Below, one piece after another: positions 18,544 through 28,121 of a stretch of DNA of 64,000 nt (the stretch's first letter is position 1; each line of letters opens with the position of its first letter). The stretch is from Candidatus Bathyarchaeia archaeon (GTDB lineage: Archaea; Thermoproteota; Bathyarchaeia; Bathyarchaeales; Bathycorpusculaceae): positions 1 to 64,000 of the forward strand of contig JAVZJU010000002.1 in the NCBI GenBank assembly GCA_038870595.1. Reading direction: 5' to 3'. The notes beneath the pieces are model-generated. The model was given only the letters and a program-made list of their open reading frames with translations, searched no databases and was not told the DNA's origin. A program made the position numbers and the translations under genes.

Positions 18544-21500
18544 TTGCTCTCTCTCCTAAGATCAGAAGTGGACATAAACAACTCCACAAGCCCGGTGCCG
18601 ACAGGTATGGACTGCCCAACAATAACGTTTTCAGTTACGCCTTCCAGCGGGTCGCTTTCCCCTCTTATGGCAGCCTCAACAATGTTTGGAACAGTAATCT
18701 CGAAGGCAGCCCTCGCCAATACACTTGCCTTTTTGCCGCTGACACCGTGCCTGCCGATTTGCTGCACCTCGCCCGTCGCAGTCATCATATCAGCCACGAG
18801 CATAACGTGGCGGATGTCAACGTCCAATCCTTGCTCCTCTAAAACGCTCTTAGCCTCCTGGATTAAGACGTTTCTGGCAGCCTCGATGCCCAAGGTTTTG
18901 GCTATTTCATGAACGTTATTGGTCGTCGTCCTAGTGGTGTCAACTCCGTAAACTTCTAAAACTTTGGGAAGGTTTGAGCCGTCGGTGCGTATAACCCATT
19001 CGCCATGCTCCTCTGTCACAAGGACACGTTTTATGCCCGGTACACCCTTAATGTAAAATGATGAGACCTTGTCGAGAAGCCTTTTTAGGGCTTCTGGCTT
19101 TTTAGGCTTAACGTGGATGCGGTTTCCAGCCATCTTCACCGTGCAGTTGGCAATCTTCACCTTCTCCTTAAGCTCCTGTATTGTGACGCCCCTATCCTCC
19201 ATCATAGCCTTATTCAATTCAACGATAATTTCTCCGCGCACAGGGTCTTGGTATATGGCCTGGGCAATGTTTTCGACAGTGGTGTGAAGTATGTTTCTGG
19301 CTATTTTTACAGCCGTTTCTCTACTTTTACGGTGCTTCTCATCTAGGTAAATTACCATTATAGGTGTTGATGGAATCCTCCTCGCGTCAACAATTTCTAT
19401 GAGTCGAGGCAAACCTAAGGTAACGTTTTGCTCTCTAACACCAGCATAATGGAACGTTCTAAGGGTCATCTGCGTGCCCGGCTCACCTATGGACTGGGCG
19501 GAAACTATTCCCACGGCTTCACCCGGCTCCATTAAAGCACGTTTGTAGTGCTCAACGGTTAGCTCTATGGCTTTGTCAATGCCTTCCTTGCTGAGTTTCG
19601 CCTCTGTTAAGCTCTGCTTTAGCTCGCTTATCAGCAAGGGTGTGAGCTGGTCTTCAACAGCTTTAAGCTTTTCCTTAATGTATTCTGGAGACGCTGGCTT
19701 GCCCTTCTCCATGCCAATTCTTATTTGTTCAACGAGGCGGCTGACGTTCACAGCCTTTCCATGGTCGCTTTTAGCCGGGTCAACGCCGTCTTCGCCATAC
19801 TTGAACTGGATTATGTCGCCGGTCGAGCTTCTAACAGTGCCGTCATATTCTAGGCGTAGATGTTCCAAAGCGTTAATTAGGCGTCTCTGCATGTAACCGC
19901 TCTGTTGTGTTCGGACAGCTGTGTCCACAAGCCCTTCACGTCCACCCATGGCGTGGAAGAAGAATTCTATGGCATCTAAACCCTTCTGGTATGAGGAGTA
20001 AACGAAACCCCTCGCCTTTGGAGACGGGTCGCCGAACTTGAAGTGGGGCAGTGTTCTCCCCAAATAGCCGCGCATTATACGTTTTCCACGAACAGCTTGT
20101 TGCCCAACACAAGCACTCATCTGCCCAATATTGAGGCTTGACCCTCTGGCGCCGGTCCTCGTCATGACTATGCCAGAATTGTCAAGGGTGAAGTCCTCGT
20201 CGGCGATTTTTCCAGATTCGTCTCTGGCTTTAGCCAGTTCATTCATAACATAGATTTCAAATGAGTCTTCAAGGGTTTGTCCAGGAAGCCTCGGCAGTGT
20301 GCCGTCGCGGTAACTCTTGATAAGCTCCTCAATCTTCTTTTCAACCCTCTCCATTACCTTCTTTATTTTTGTTTCAGCTTGAGGAGAAAGAACCAGCTCG
20401 TCGTAGGAGTAGGAGAAGCCCCGCATTGTTATGAAAAGCTTCAAAAGCCTCGTAATCTTGTTTATAAATCCGCGTCCAGCAGCCGTCCCATAATCCTTAA
20501 TTATTCTGTGAAGGAGGCTTTCAGACTGCTCAGCACCTACAGCCTTTCTGTCAATCACACCGCATATTAGTTGACCGTTCTTGACAACCACGTAGGCGTC
20601 GTAGGGGCACTCCTCCTTTAGGCATTTGACACATCCACGGCAGGTGTTTGCCTTCAAAACATAGTTCAAATCCTCTGGCAAGAATAGGCTGAAAATTTGT
20701 TTGCCGCTCCACATGGGCTGAGGTTCTTTGATTTGGGGTTTTGGAAGCGGACCATTATAGCCAGCAGCGATTAAGAGTCGGCTTACTTCATCTCTTGTTA
20801 GGTAGTTTGATTTTCTTGTGAAAAGATATGCAGCCGTTATAAAGTCTCTTATAGCCCCAATTATTGGACCGCCGAAGCGTGGAGAAAGAATTTGGTCTTG
20901 AACTTGCATTAGGAGAAGCGCCTCTGTTTGGGCTTCCTCGCTTTGCGGTATGTGAAGGTTCATCTCGTCCCCGTCGAAATCTGCGTTATATGGTGGACAG
21001 ACGCATAAGTGCAGGCGGAAAGTCTTGTAAGGCAAGACTCGCACGTAATGCGCCATAATAGACATTCTGTGGAGGGATGGTTGACGGTTAAAAATGGCTA
21101 TATCACCATTTCTTAGGTGGCGTTCAACAATGTAGCCCGGCTCTAAAGATTCAGCAATCTTCTCCCGGTCAGTGACAAATTCAAGTCTTATCCTTTTGCC
21201 GTCTGGACGGATAATGTAAAGGGCTCCGGGATATTTAGAGGGGCCGTTTATGACAAGTTTTCGCATTTCCTCAATGTTCCACGAGGTCACCTTTTCCGGA
21301 ACTGAAAGCCTCATGGCAACCTCCAACGGAACACCAACCTCGTTAATGTCGAGGTTTGGGTCTGGAGAAATCACTGTACGCGCTGAGAAGTCAACACGTT
21401 TCCCGGAGAGGTTGCTTCTGAACCTTCCCTCTTTGCCCTTAAGCCTCTGGGAAAGCGTTTTAAGAGCCCTTCCAGAGCGGTGCCGTGCCGGCGGAATACC

Positions 21501-22361
21501 CGAAGCCTCATTGTTAAAGTACGTTGTCACATGGTATTGGAGAAGCTCCGATAAGTCTTGAATTATAAGGGTTGGGGCACCAGCCTCCATGTTCTCTTTT
21601 AAGCGCTGGTTTATGCGAATTATGTCCACAAGCTTGTGGGTTAAGTCGTCCTCGGAACGTATGCCAGACTCCAAAGTTATTGAGGGACGCACATATACTG
21701 GTGGGACTGGTAAGACTTGGAGAACCATCCATTCCGGACGGGCTGTTTTGGAATCGAAACCCAAAAGTTCCAAATCGTCGTTCGGTATGCGTTCAAGTCT
21801 TTCTCTAACCATACTGGGCGTTAGAGGCTGAGAACCGCTTTCAGGAATTTCCTCGCTGAACTTTGTGGGCTTTTCAAAGGTTATTTTATATTGGGGAGAG
21901 TTGCAGTGAGGGCAAGTTTTAGCCCTTATTTCTTGGGTAATTCGCTTAAATATTTCATCTGGAACAGTTCCCAACAGCTGGCGGGTTCTATCGATTCTTG
22001 TCCTCAACTTTTTAACGGCGTCTTCTGGAAGTAGAATTCGCCCACAGTTTCTGCATGTAACCCTAAGAAGGTCGTATATTATTTTTGCAAATTCTATGTG
22101 GATTATTGGGACGGCTAGCTCTATATGTCCGAAATGTCCAGGACAGCGTATAGCCGTGTTGCCACACGTCTTGCATCGCTGTCTCGGTTCAAGAGTGCCA
22201 AGCCTTCCATCCATAAGCCCAGCGGTTATTGGAGCGCCATCCTCATCGTAGGTGTCCGGCGTTTGAATTTCAACCACTGAAAGTTTACGTATTTCCTGAG
22301 GTGAGAATAAGCCGAAACGGATTTCGTCAACAACTTTATGGGCGACTTCCTCAACCGCCAT
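18540..22361 (-). CDS. rpoA: DNA-directed RNA polymerase subunit A, fused A'+A'' (single 1273-aa ORF)
   Basis: The N-terminus has the Zn-binding CxxC...CPGHFGH clamp and the NADFDGDEMN active site. The C-terminus has the trigger loop GEPGTQMTLRTFHYAGV and an A''-type end IPVGTGLVELF. One uninterrupted frame. Confidence 0.85.
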   Translation of the reverse strand: MAVEEVAHKVVDEIRFGLFSPQEIRKLSVVEIQTPDTYDEDGAPITAGLMDGRLGTLEPRQRCKTCGNTAIRCPGHFGHIELAVPIIHIEFAKIIYDLLRVTCRNCGRILLPEDAVKKLRTRIDRTRQLLGTVPDEIFKRITQEIRAKTCPHCNSPQYKITFEKPTKFSEEIPESGSQPLTPSMVRERLERIPNDDLELLGFDSKTARPEWMVLQVLPVPPVYVRPSITLESGIRSEDDLTHKLVDIIRINQRLKENMEAGAPTLIIQDLSELLQYHVTTYFNNEASGIPPARHRSGRALKTLSQRLKGKEGRFRSNLSGKRVDFSARTVISPDPNLDINEVGVPLEVAMRLSVPEKVTSWNIEEMRKLVINGPSKYPGALYIIRPDGKRIRLEFVTDREKIAESLEPGYIVERHLRNGDIAIFNRQPSLHRMSIMAHYVRVLPYKTFRLHLCVCPPYNADFDGDEMNLHIPQSEEAQTEALLLMQVQDQILSPRFGGPIIGAIRDFITAAYLFTRKSNYLTRDEVSRLLIAAGYNGPLPKPQIKEPQPMWSGKQIFSLFLPEDLNYVLKANTCRGCVKCLKEECPYDAYVVVKNGQLICGVIDRKAVGAEQSESLLHRIIKDYGTAAGRGFINKITRLLKLFITMRGFSYSYDELVLSPQAETKIKKVMERVEKKIEELIKSYRDGTLPRLPGQTLEDSFEIYVMNELAKARDESGKIADEDFTLDNSGIVMTRTGARGSSLNIGQMSACVGQQAVRGKRIMRGYLGRTLPHFKFGDPSPKARGFVYSSYQKGLDAIEFFFHAMGGREGLVDTAVRTQQSGYMQRRLINALEHLRLEYDGTVRSSTGDIIQFKYGEDGVDPAKSDHGKAVNVSRLVEQIRIGMEKGKPASPEYIKEKLKAVEDQLTPLLISELKQSLTEAKLSKEGIDKAIELTVEHYKRALMEPGEAVGIVSAQSIGEPGTQMTLRTFHYAGVREQNVTLGLPRLIEIVDARRIPSTPIMVIYLDEKHRKSRETAVKIARNILHTTVENIAQAIYQDPVRGEIIVELNKAMMEDRGVTIQELKEKVKIANCTVKMAGNRIHVKPKKPEALKRLLDKVSSFYIKGVPGIKRVLVTEEHGEWVIRTDGSNLPKVLEVYGVDTTRTTTNNVHEIAKTLGIEAARNVLIQEAKSVLEEQGLDVDIRHVMLVADMMTATGEVQQIGRHGVSGKKASVLARAAFEITVPNIVEAAIRGESDPLEGVTENVIVGQSIPVGTGLVELFMSTSDLRRESK

Positions 22362-22362
22362 G

Positions 22363-25300
22363 TTAGGCCCTCTCCTTAAGCTTTAATTTTGGCGCTACAC
22401 AAAGGCTCATCAGTTCTTGTAGAAGAAGCTTAAAGGCATAGGAGACTATTACAGGCGAGATTTTAGCCTTGTCTTCGCATATTCTGCAAACATATTTCCT
22501 CTGTTTTAGGTCGTAGTAGGCTATGTAGCCGCAGTTCTCACAAATGTAAAGAGTATACTTATCCGACTCCTCCAAAAGCCTGTCACGTAGGAGCATGGCA
22601 GCTCCATGTCCGATAAGGCAGTCCCTCTCCATTTCGCCGAAGCGCAGTCCACCTCCGCGGGCTCTTCCTTCCGTCGGCTGCCTCGTTAACATTTGCACTT
22701 GTCCTCTGGCCCTTGCGTGGATTTTGTCTGCAACCATGTGGTGGAGCTTCTGATAGTAGACTATGCCCACGAAAACATCTGCCACAAACTTTTCACCCGT
22801 CACGCCGTTGTAGAAGACCTCTTCCCCACTGTGGCTGAAACCAAGCTTTATTAGGGCTTTTCTCAAGTCCTCTGCCTTCTCGTTTGAGAAGGGTGTTCCA
22901 TCAACCGGCTTGCCCCTCATGGCTGCAACTTTGCCAGCTATAGACTCTATAAACTGTCCAATAGTCATTCTCGACGGGATGGCGTGGGGATTAATTATAA
23001 TGTCTGGAACTGTACCGTCCTCCGTGAAGGGCATATCCTCTTGTGGCACAATAAGCCCTATAACGCCTTTCTGTCCGTGGCGGGATGCAAACTTGTCGCC
23101 AAGCTCTGGGATTCTCTGGTCTCTAACCCTAACCTTCACGAGTTTACTTCCCTCGCCAGACTCTGTTATGAAGACGGCGTCTACGATTCCTGTTTCTGAT
23201 GGGCGCATGTCCACGGAGGTGTCCCGCATTGAAGGCCCCTTAACCTCAAACTCCTTATATTCTTCTAGGAATCTTGGCGGGCTTGTTCTTCCTATCAGAA
23301 CGTCTCCACCGGTAACTTGGGCTTCTAGGCTTATTATGCCGTCTGGCTCCAAAAGCCTATAATATTGTTCGCCTCTGAAACCCCTTGTTCCCGGTTCTGG
23401 TATGACAAATTTGTCTTTAAGTCCGCCCATATATTGGCGGCATTCAGCTTCATATATGCGGTAGAATGTGGATCGCCCCAAGCCCCTTTCAATTGAGGCT
23501 TTGTTGAAGATTAGGGCGTCCTCCATGTTGTAGCCTTCATAGGATAGAACCGCCACTATACAGTTCTGCCCTGATGGGCGAAGCTTATAGCCCATAACTT
23601 CCATTAGAGTTGTTTCAACCAGCGGCGTCTGTGGATAATGCAGTATATGCGACCTTGAATCAACACGTAATGGGAAGTTTGTGGCGAAGATTCCGAGCGC
23701 CTGCTTTGCCATAGCTGCTTGATAAGAGTTGCGGGGTGACTGATTGTGCTCCGCATAGGGTATTGTTGAGGCGCAAATTCCGAGAATTGTGTGGGTTGAA
23801 ATTTCCAGGTGGGTGTGTTCTGGGGTTATTTCTTCAGCGCTTATGGCGACGTAGGCGTTTTCCTCCTCCTCAGCATCCAAATATTCAATTATGCCATCTT
23901 TAACAAGGTCTTCAAAGGACAACCCGCCATGGTTAATCTTTTCTATATGCTCTGGCTGAAGCCTCGGGGTGCCATTTTCAACTATTATTAGTGGTCTTCT
24001 AACCCTTCCCTCGTCGCAGTTAACGTATATTTCCTCTCTTTCACCATACTCCTTAGGGAAGTAAGCGATGTTAACTTCTGTTGAGATTTCTCCCATGCGC
24101 CGGCGTTGCCTAAACTCTTGAACCACCTTTTCTGGAGTGGCACAATAGCCAACAATTGTTCCATCCACGAAGACTTTTGCACCGTAACGCTTGAGCGTTT
24201 CATTTGCCTCGTAGACCGGCGTGACGCCCATGCTAAACAGTATTTGCTTAATCTTTTCGGGGTTTACTCCGACGGATATGGAGGCTGATAAGGCAAGGTT
24301 CTTAACCAAGCCGCAGTTTGAGCCTTCCGGCGTCTCATTCGGGCATAGGCGCCCCCAATGGGTTGAGTGCAAGTCTCTAGCTTCAAAGTTTGGCTGGCTT
24401 CTGCTGAGCGGCGACTGAAGCCTTCTCAAATGGCTTAGGGTGGAAAGGTAATTTGTCCTATCGAGAAGCTGGGTTACACCAACGCGTCCTCTTCCCCAGT
24501 TTCCCGTGGCAAGTGCGTGCTGAAGCCTTTCGGTTATTATGCCTGGGCGCACGGCAGCCGAAACAGTAATTATTGGTCCTTTGACACCTATCCTTTCAAG
24601 CTGGTATTTTATATCTCTTATAAGGTTTCGGAAGGCTACGCGGAACAAGTCTGCCAGCAGTGGTCCAGCAAGCCTCAAACGCTTGTTTTTGAAGTGGTCT
24701 TTGTCGTCTGGTTTCCGCCTTCCAAGCTTTAGCTCGATGACTCTGCACGCCATCTCGCCCAAGAATATGGCTTTTTCACGGCGGCTCTGGTTTGTCCTTC
24801 CAAGGTGAGGTAAGAAGTTCTTATCTATGGCTGCTTCAGCCTTCTGAATACGGTATTCCTCAACTTGCCCGTGGGCTACGCGATTTCCAATAAATAATAT
24901 TGCGTCTCTAACGGTGTCGACGCCCAAAGCCTTCTCGAAGGATGGCTCCAGCTCACTTTGGATTTCCTCGTCAACCGAGACGGCTTCGGCAATCTCTTTG
25001 TCAGACTCAAGTCCCAAGGCTCGCATAACAATGACGAAGGGGACTTCTGTTGGCACTCCTGGCATCGTGACGTATAGGGCGCCATCAGACTTCATCTTCA
25101 GCTCTATTCTTGCTCTAAAGCCAACGGTTGTGGAGAAGAGTTTGGCTTGGTAGACAGGAGTTGCGCCCTTTTCGTCTATGTCAACGATTATGCGGTTTGG
25201 AGCTAAATCCTCCATAGCCACTATGACACGTTCAGAACCATTAACAATGAAGTAGCCGCCTGGGTCGTCTGGGTCTTCGCCAACGGCTATTAGTTCTTCG

Positions 25301-25728
25301 CGGGAAAGCTGCGACAAGAAGCAAAGTTTAGACTTAAGCATTACGGGAATGTTGCCGATAAAAACGAGTTCCGTGTCCTGCTCTCTGCCGTCTACAACCG
25401 GCGTCATTTCAAGGGCTATTGGCGCCGCGTAGGTGAGGTTTCGAACCCTAGCCTCTATTGGGTAAATTTCATGTTTTGTGCCGTCAACCTCAGTCACATA
25501 CGGACCGCTTATCCTCGTCTGGGGGTCGATTATCCAGATTTGTCCGAGCTTAACAGTGTAGGGGCATTCCGGAACCTCTATTGGGATTTCTCCAACCTCG
25601 TCTATAACCTCTTGCAAGCCATGATCTATAAACTCATTGTAGGAGTCCAGGTGCTGGCGAACCAGCCCCTTCTCTTTGAAGAAAGCCTTTAACAGCGTAT
25701 TCACATCTTCTTTTGAACATTTAACCAT
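22363..25728 (-). CDS. rpoB: DNA-directed RNA polymerase subunit B (unsplit)
   Basis: 1121 aa with GEMERDCLIGHGAA and a C-terminal CxxCG Zn motif. Stops 1 nt before the rpoA start. Confidence 0.9.
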   Translation of the reverse strand: MVKCSKEDVNTLLKAFFKEKGLVRQHLDSYNEFIDHGLQEVIDEVGEIPIEVPECPYTVKLGQIWIIDPQTRISGPYVTEVDGTKHEIYPIEARVRNLTYAAPIALEMTPVVDGREQDTELVFIGNIPVMLKSKLCFLSQLSREELIAVGEDPDDPGGYFIVNGSERVIVAMEDLAPNRIIVDIDEKGATPVYQAKLFSTTVGFRARIELKMKSDGALYVTMPGVPTEVPFVIVMRALGLESDKEIAEAVSVDEEIQSELEPSFEKALGVDTVRDAILFIGNRVAHGQVEEYRIQKAEAAIDKNFLPHLGRTNQSRREKAIFLGEMACRVIELKLGRRKPDDKDHFKNKRLRLAGPLLADLFRVAFRNLIRDIKYQLERIGVKGPIITVSAAVRPGIITERLQHALATGNWGRGRVGVTQLLDRTNYLSTLSHLRRLQSPLSRSQPNFEARDLHSTHWGRLCPNETPEGSNCGLVKNLALSASISVGVNPEKIKQILFSMGVTPVYEANETLKRYGAKVFVDGTIVGYCATPEKVVQEFRQRRRMGEISTEVNIAYFPKEYGEREEIYVNCDEGRVRRPLIIVENGTPRLQPEHIEKINHGGLSFEDLVKDGIIEYLDAEEEENAYVAISAEEITPEHTHLEISTHTILGICASTIPYAEHNQSPRNSYQAAMAKQALGIFATNFPLRVDSRSHILHYPQTPLVETTLMEVMGYKLRPSGQNCIVAVLSYEGYNMEDALIFNKASIERGLGRSTFYRIYEAECRQYMGGLKDKFVIPEPGTRGFRGEQYYRLLEPDGIISLEAQVTGGDVLIGRTSPPRFLEEYKEFEVKGPSMRDTSVDMRPSETGIVDAVFITESGEGSKLVKVRVRDQRIPELGDKFASRHGQKGVIGLIVPQEDMPFTEDGTVPDIIINPHAIPSRMTIGQFIESIAGKVAAMRGKPVDGTPFSNEKAEDLRKALIKLGFSHSGEEVFYNGVTGEKFVADVFVGIVYYQKLHHMVADKIHARARGQVQMLTRQPTEGRARGGGLRFGEMERDCLIGHGAAMLLRDRLLEESDKYTLYICENCGYIAYYDLKQRKYVCRICEDKAKISPVIVSYAFKLLLQELMSLCVAPKLKLKERA

Positions 25729-25752
25729 TATGAATCAACCCCGCAATTTCCA

Positions 25753-25762
25753 CTTTAAATCG
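25753..25762 (-). promoter_or_regulatory. TATA-like element upstream of rpoB
   Basis: ctttaaatcg on the plus strand (gatttaaag on the coding strand), about 25-30 nt upstream of the rpoB ATG. Confidence 0.3.
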
Positions 25763-26053
25763 ACGATGGAGGGATGAACGTGGTGCGGGTTTCCTCAAAC
25801 TTTTAATTTCCTCCGCTTTTGGGTCATCCAGTTTTAAAAAGTCTCCAATAGATTGAAGCTAAACACGTAAAACTGCACAGCTCACTAATAAACTTTTTTG
25901 TGGAAAAATCCATGTCCTCAGCCCCACAAAGCCAAGAAAACCAACATTTATTGGGCTTTTCCAAATTCAATAGAAGCCCGCTCCTCTAGTTTTCCGGTTT
26001 AGAAAATGCAGACGGTAAGCTTAAATCTCATCATTCCATTCTTTGAAAAATGG

Positions 26054-26174
26054 GCGGCGGTAGCCAAGCTAGGTCAAAGGCGGAGGACTCAAGATCGGCA
26101 TTTAAAAAGGCTAAACCCTATGAGTCATCCTCTCCCGTAGGGGTTCGCCGGTTCAAATCCGGCCCGCCGCACCA
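26054..26174 (+). tRNA. tRNA-Leu(CAA), class II with long variable arm, 33-nt intron after position 37, encoded CCA
   Basis: Acceptor GCGGCGG/CCGCCGC. Anticodon stem GAGGA/TCCTC with loop CTCAAGA split by the intron 26095..26127. Variable arm CCCGTAGGG. T-arm GCCGG-TTCAAAT-CCGGC. Discriminator A then CCA. Confidence 0.8.
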
Positions 26175-26176
26175 TT

Positions 26177-26196
26177 TGAGCAACTAAAGTTGCTCA
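26177..26196 (+). terminator. Hairpin (8-bp stem, TAAA loop) followed by a T-rich tract downstream of the tRNA
   Basis: tgagcaac-taaa-gttgctca followed by aaatttactcattttacttcttt. Confidence 0.4.
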
Positions 26197-26322
26197 AAAT
26201 TTACTCATTTTACTTCTTTGATGTGCTCTAGGATGGAGAATTAACAAAATCGGTGTTAATAGAAAAGATTTTGTGCTAAAAAGACCATATTTAATTAGGC
26301 TAAATTCTGGACGGATACTAGA

Positions 26323-27387
26323 GTGACAATTAGCAAGAAGGGCGAAGTTAAATTAGATGCGCCTCTTATTCATTCTGATGCTCAGCTTTGCCACGTAGAT
26401 AGCCTTTCAATGACTTTAAGGTACATAGGGGATAGATATGAACCTTGGTATATTGGCGGGACATCGAGGCGTTTCTTCGGATTCGGATATTATCCAAGCA
26501 AAGAATACGTCCAAATTCGAACGGGTACTTTTCCTTTAAAAGCCCTATTAACCTTCCTTAAAGAACATGGTTACTCGTTTCAATTCCTTCAGGGAAAATC
26601 ATGGAATGACGCTTTTCCTATTCTGAAAAAATTTCTATTGAATGGTTTGCCTGTTTTAGTGATAAGTCACATGGGCTGGCTTTCATATAACAAAGAATAT
26701 GAGATATTTAGAAAGTTAGGTGGTGTTGTAGACCATTACGTTGTAATCACAGGTTTAAGGGATGATGAGGTGGTCTACGTGAATGACCCTAATCCAGATT
26801 TCTTCAGAAAGGATGCAGAATTAGCCATACAAGACTTCAGGATTGGATGGGCTGAAAAGATACCAGAAATATATCAGTCTTGCCCGATGCTTGTTGTAAG
26901 TAGGAGAAAACACAAACCAGAGTTAAAGAAAATTCTAGCAAAATCGCTGCAGCGCGCGTTAAAACAGATGCACACAAAGAGAGGTGCAACGGGAATCGCG
27001 GGCTTAAAGAAGGCAAGCAAAGAAATACCCGAACTTCTTCGAGAAGATGCGCTTTCAATTAGGAATTCACTTGAAGAATTTGCCTATTTCAGGTTTAGGG
27101 TGATAGCAACCGAAGCCAAATATGCCAGCAAATTCTTGGATTATGCAGCTAAAGAGCTCAATATTCCCGAGCTGAAAATTTCTGCAAAAAAGTTGCTAAT
27201 CGCATCAGACTGTTTTAAAGGGCTAAGAAACCTTTTTATAAATTGCGTGCAGGGTCAAAGAAAATTAACCGATATTGCAGATGATACAGAAATATTATTG
27301 GTCAAAGCTTACGAAGCAGAAAGGGACTGTTTTCTCAATTTAGCATCATTAAAGTATGCCCTATTTCGCCACAACGAATATGAGTAA
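26323..27387 (+). CDS. BtrH-N/DUF4872-like protein (papain-like fold, tentative)
   Basis: Architecture and size match proteins with BtrH_N plus a C-terminal helical domain. Candidate Cys in AQLCHVDS. Confidence 0.35.
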   Translation: MTISKKGEVKLDAPLIHSDAQLCHVDSLSMTLRYIGDRYEPWYIGGTSRRFFGFGYYPSKEYVQIRTGTFPLKALLTFLKEHGYSFQFLQGKSWNDAFPILKKFLLNGLPVLVISHMGWLSYNKEYEIFRKLGGVVDHYVVITGLRDDEVVYVNDPNPDFFRKDAELAIQDFRIGWAEKIPEIYQSCPMLVVSRRKHKPELKKILAKSLQRALKQMHTKRGATGIAGLKKASKEIPELLREDALSIRNSLEEFAYFRFRVIATEAKYASKFLDYAAKELNIPELKISAKKLLIASDCFKGLRNLFINCVQGQRKLTDIADDTEILLVKAYEAERDCFLNLASLKYALFRHNEYE

Positions 27388-27402
27388 TGGGGATGAGAGG
27401 CG

Positions 27403-27609
27403 ATGATACACTCGACGATGGTGCATAGGCAGCATGCCAAGCAAGGTATCGGCTCACTGCTTGTCCAAAGCTTTGCAGAACTCGCCTTCGAACGAGGCGC
27501 TAATGTGATAGAAGATGATGTTGAAGAGGGTCCCGACAAGTTCTATGAAAAATGCGGGTTCAAGAAGACATGCATCTGGTATTCAATGGTATTAAAAAAG
27601 AAAGTTTGA
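27403..27609 (+). pseudogene. GNAT acetyltransferase remnant (C-terminal motif A/B only)
   Basis: 68 aa with HAKQGIGSLLVQSFAELAFERGA...FYEKCGFK (acetyl-CoA-binding motif A and the C-terminal motif). It lacks the N-terminal half; the upstream gene leaves no space for it. Confidence 0.45.
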
Positions 27610-28121
27610 ATCTTTTCAAAAGATGAAGTTGACGATGTGCAATAGGCTTCGAAAAATAAATATCTAGGACCAAAAGGGTGTTGCATATTTGGAAGATCCC
27701 TCTCGTTGTATTTTTGTTGCACTTTTATACCATAATGTTTATTAAGACTTGCGATATAGTGGCTGAAAGCAGGATGAAAGAATGAGAAAAAGACTAGACA
27801 CAAAAATAACCCAGAAACTTGAAGAGGCGAAATCTGAAACGTTAACGGTTGAATTTCTCATATGCGAGACTCTGATTCGCAACAAAACAGTTTAAGAAAA
27901 CATAAAACGTGCAAAACGTACTCAAATTTTTAAAGCAGCTTCTCGTTTTCTACCATAACAAAAGTGGAAGAAGAACATGGTTAATAAAAAAAGTCTTGCA
28001 GGTAGATGCGGACTGTATCGTGGCGCATGAGGAATCTATAGGAACTACAAAGAGCCTTTTACTGGGCAAAGGATATATCCTACTGTTGGTTTAGAAACCC
28101 TACAATTCAAAAAACAATTGC

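Noticed and set aside
18544-25692. Many short plus-strand ORFs antisense to rpoA and rpoB
   Set aside because: Nested within long conserved RNA polymerase genes, with no motifs and biased composition.
25729-26050. Possible rpoH upstream of rpoB
   Set aside because: The only minus-strand ORF there is about 29 codons (MDFSTKKFISELCSF...) and has no RpoH/Rpb5-like sequence.
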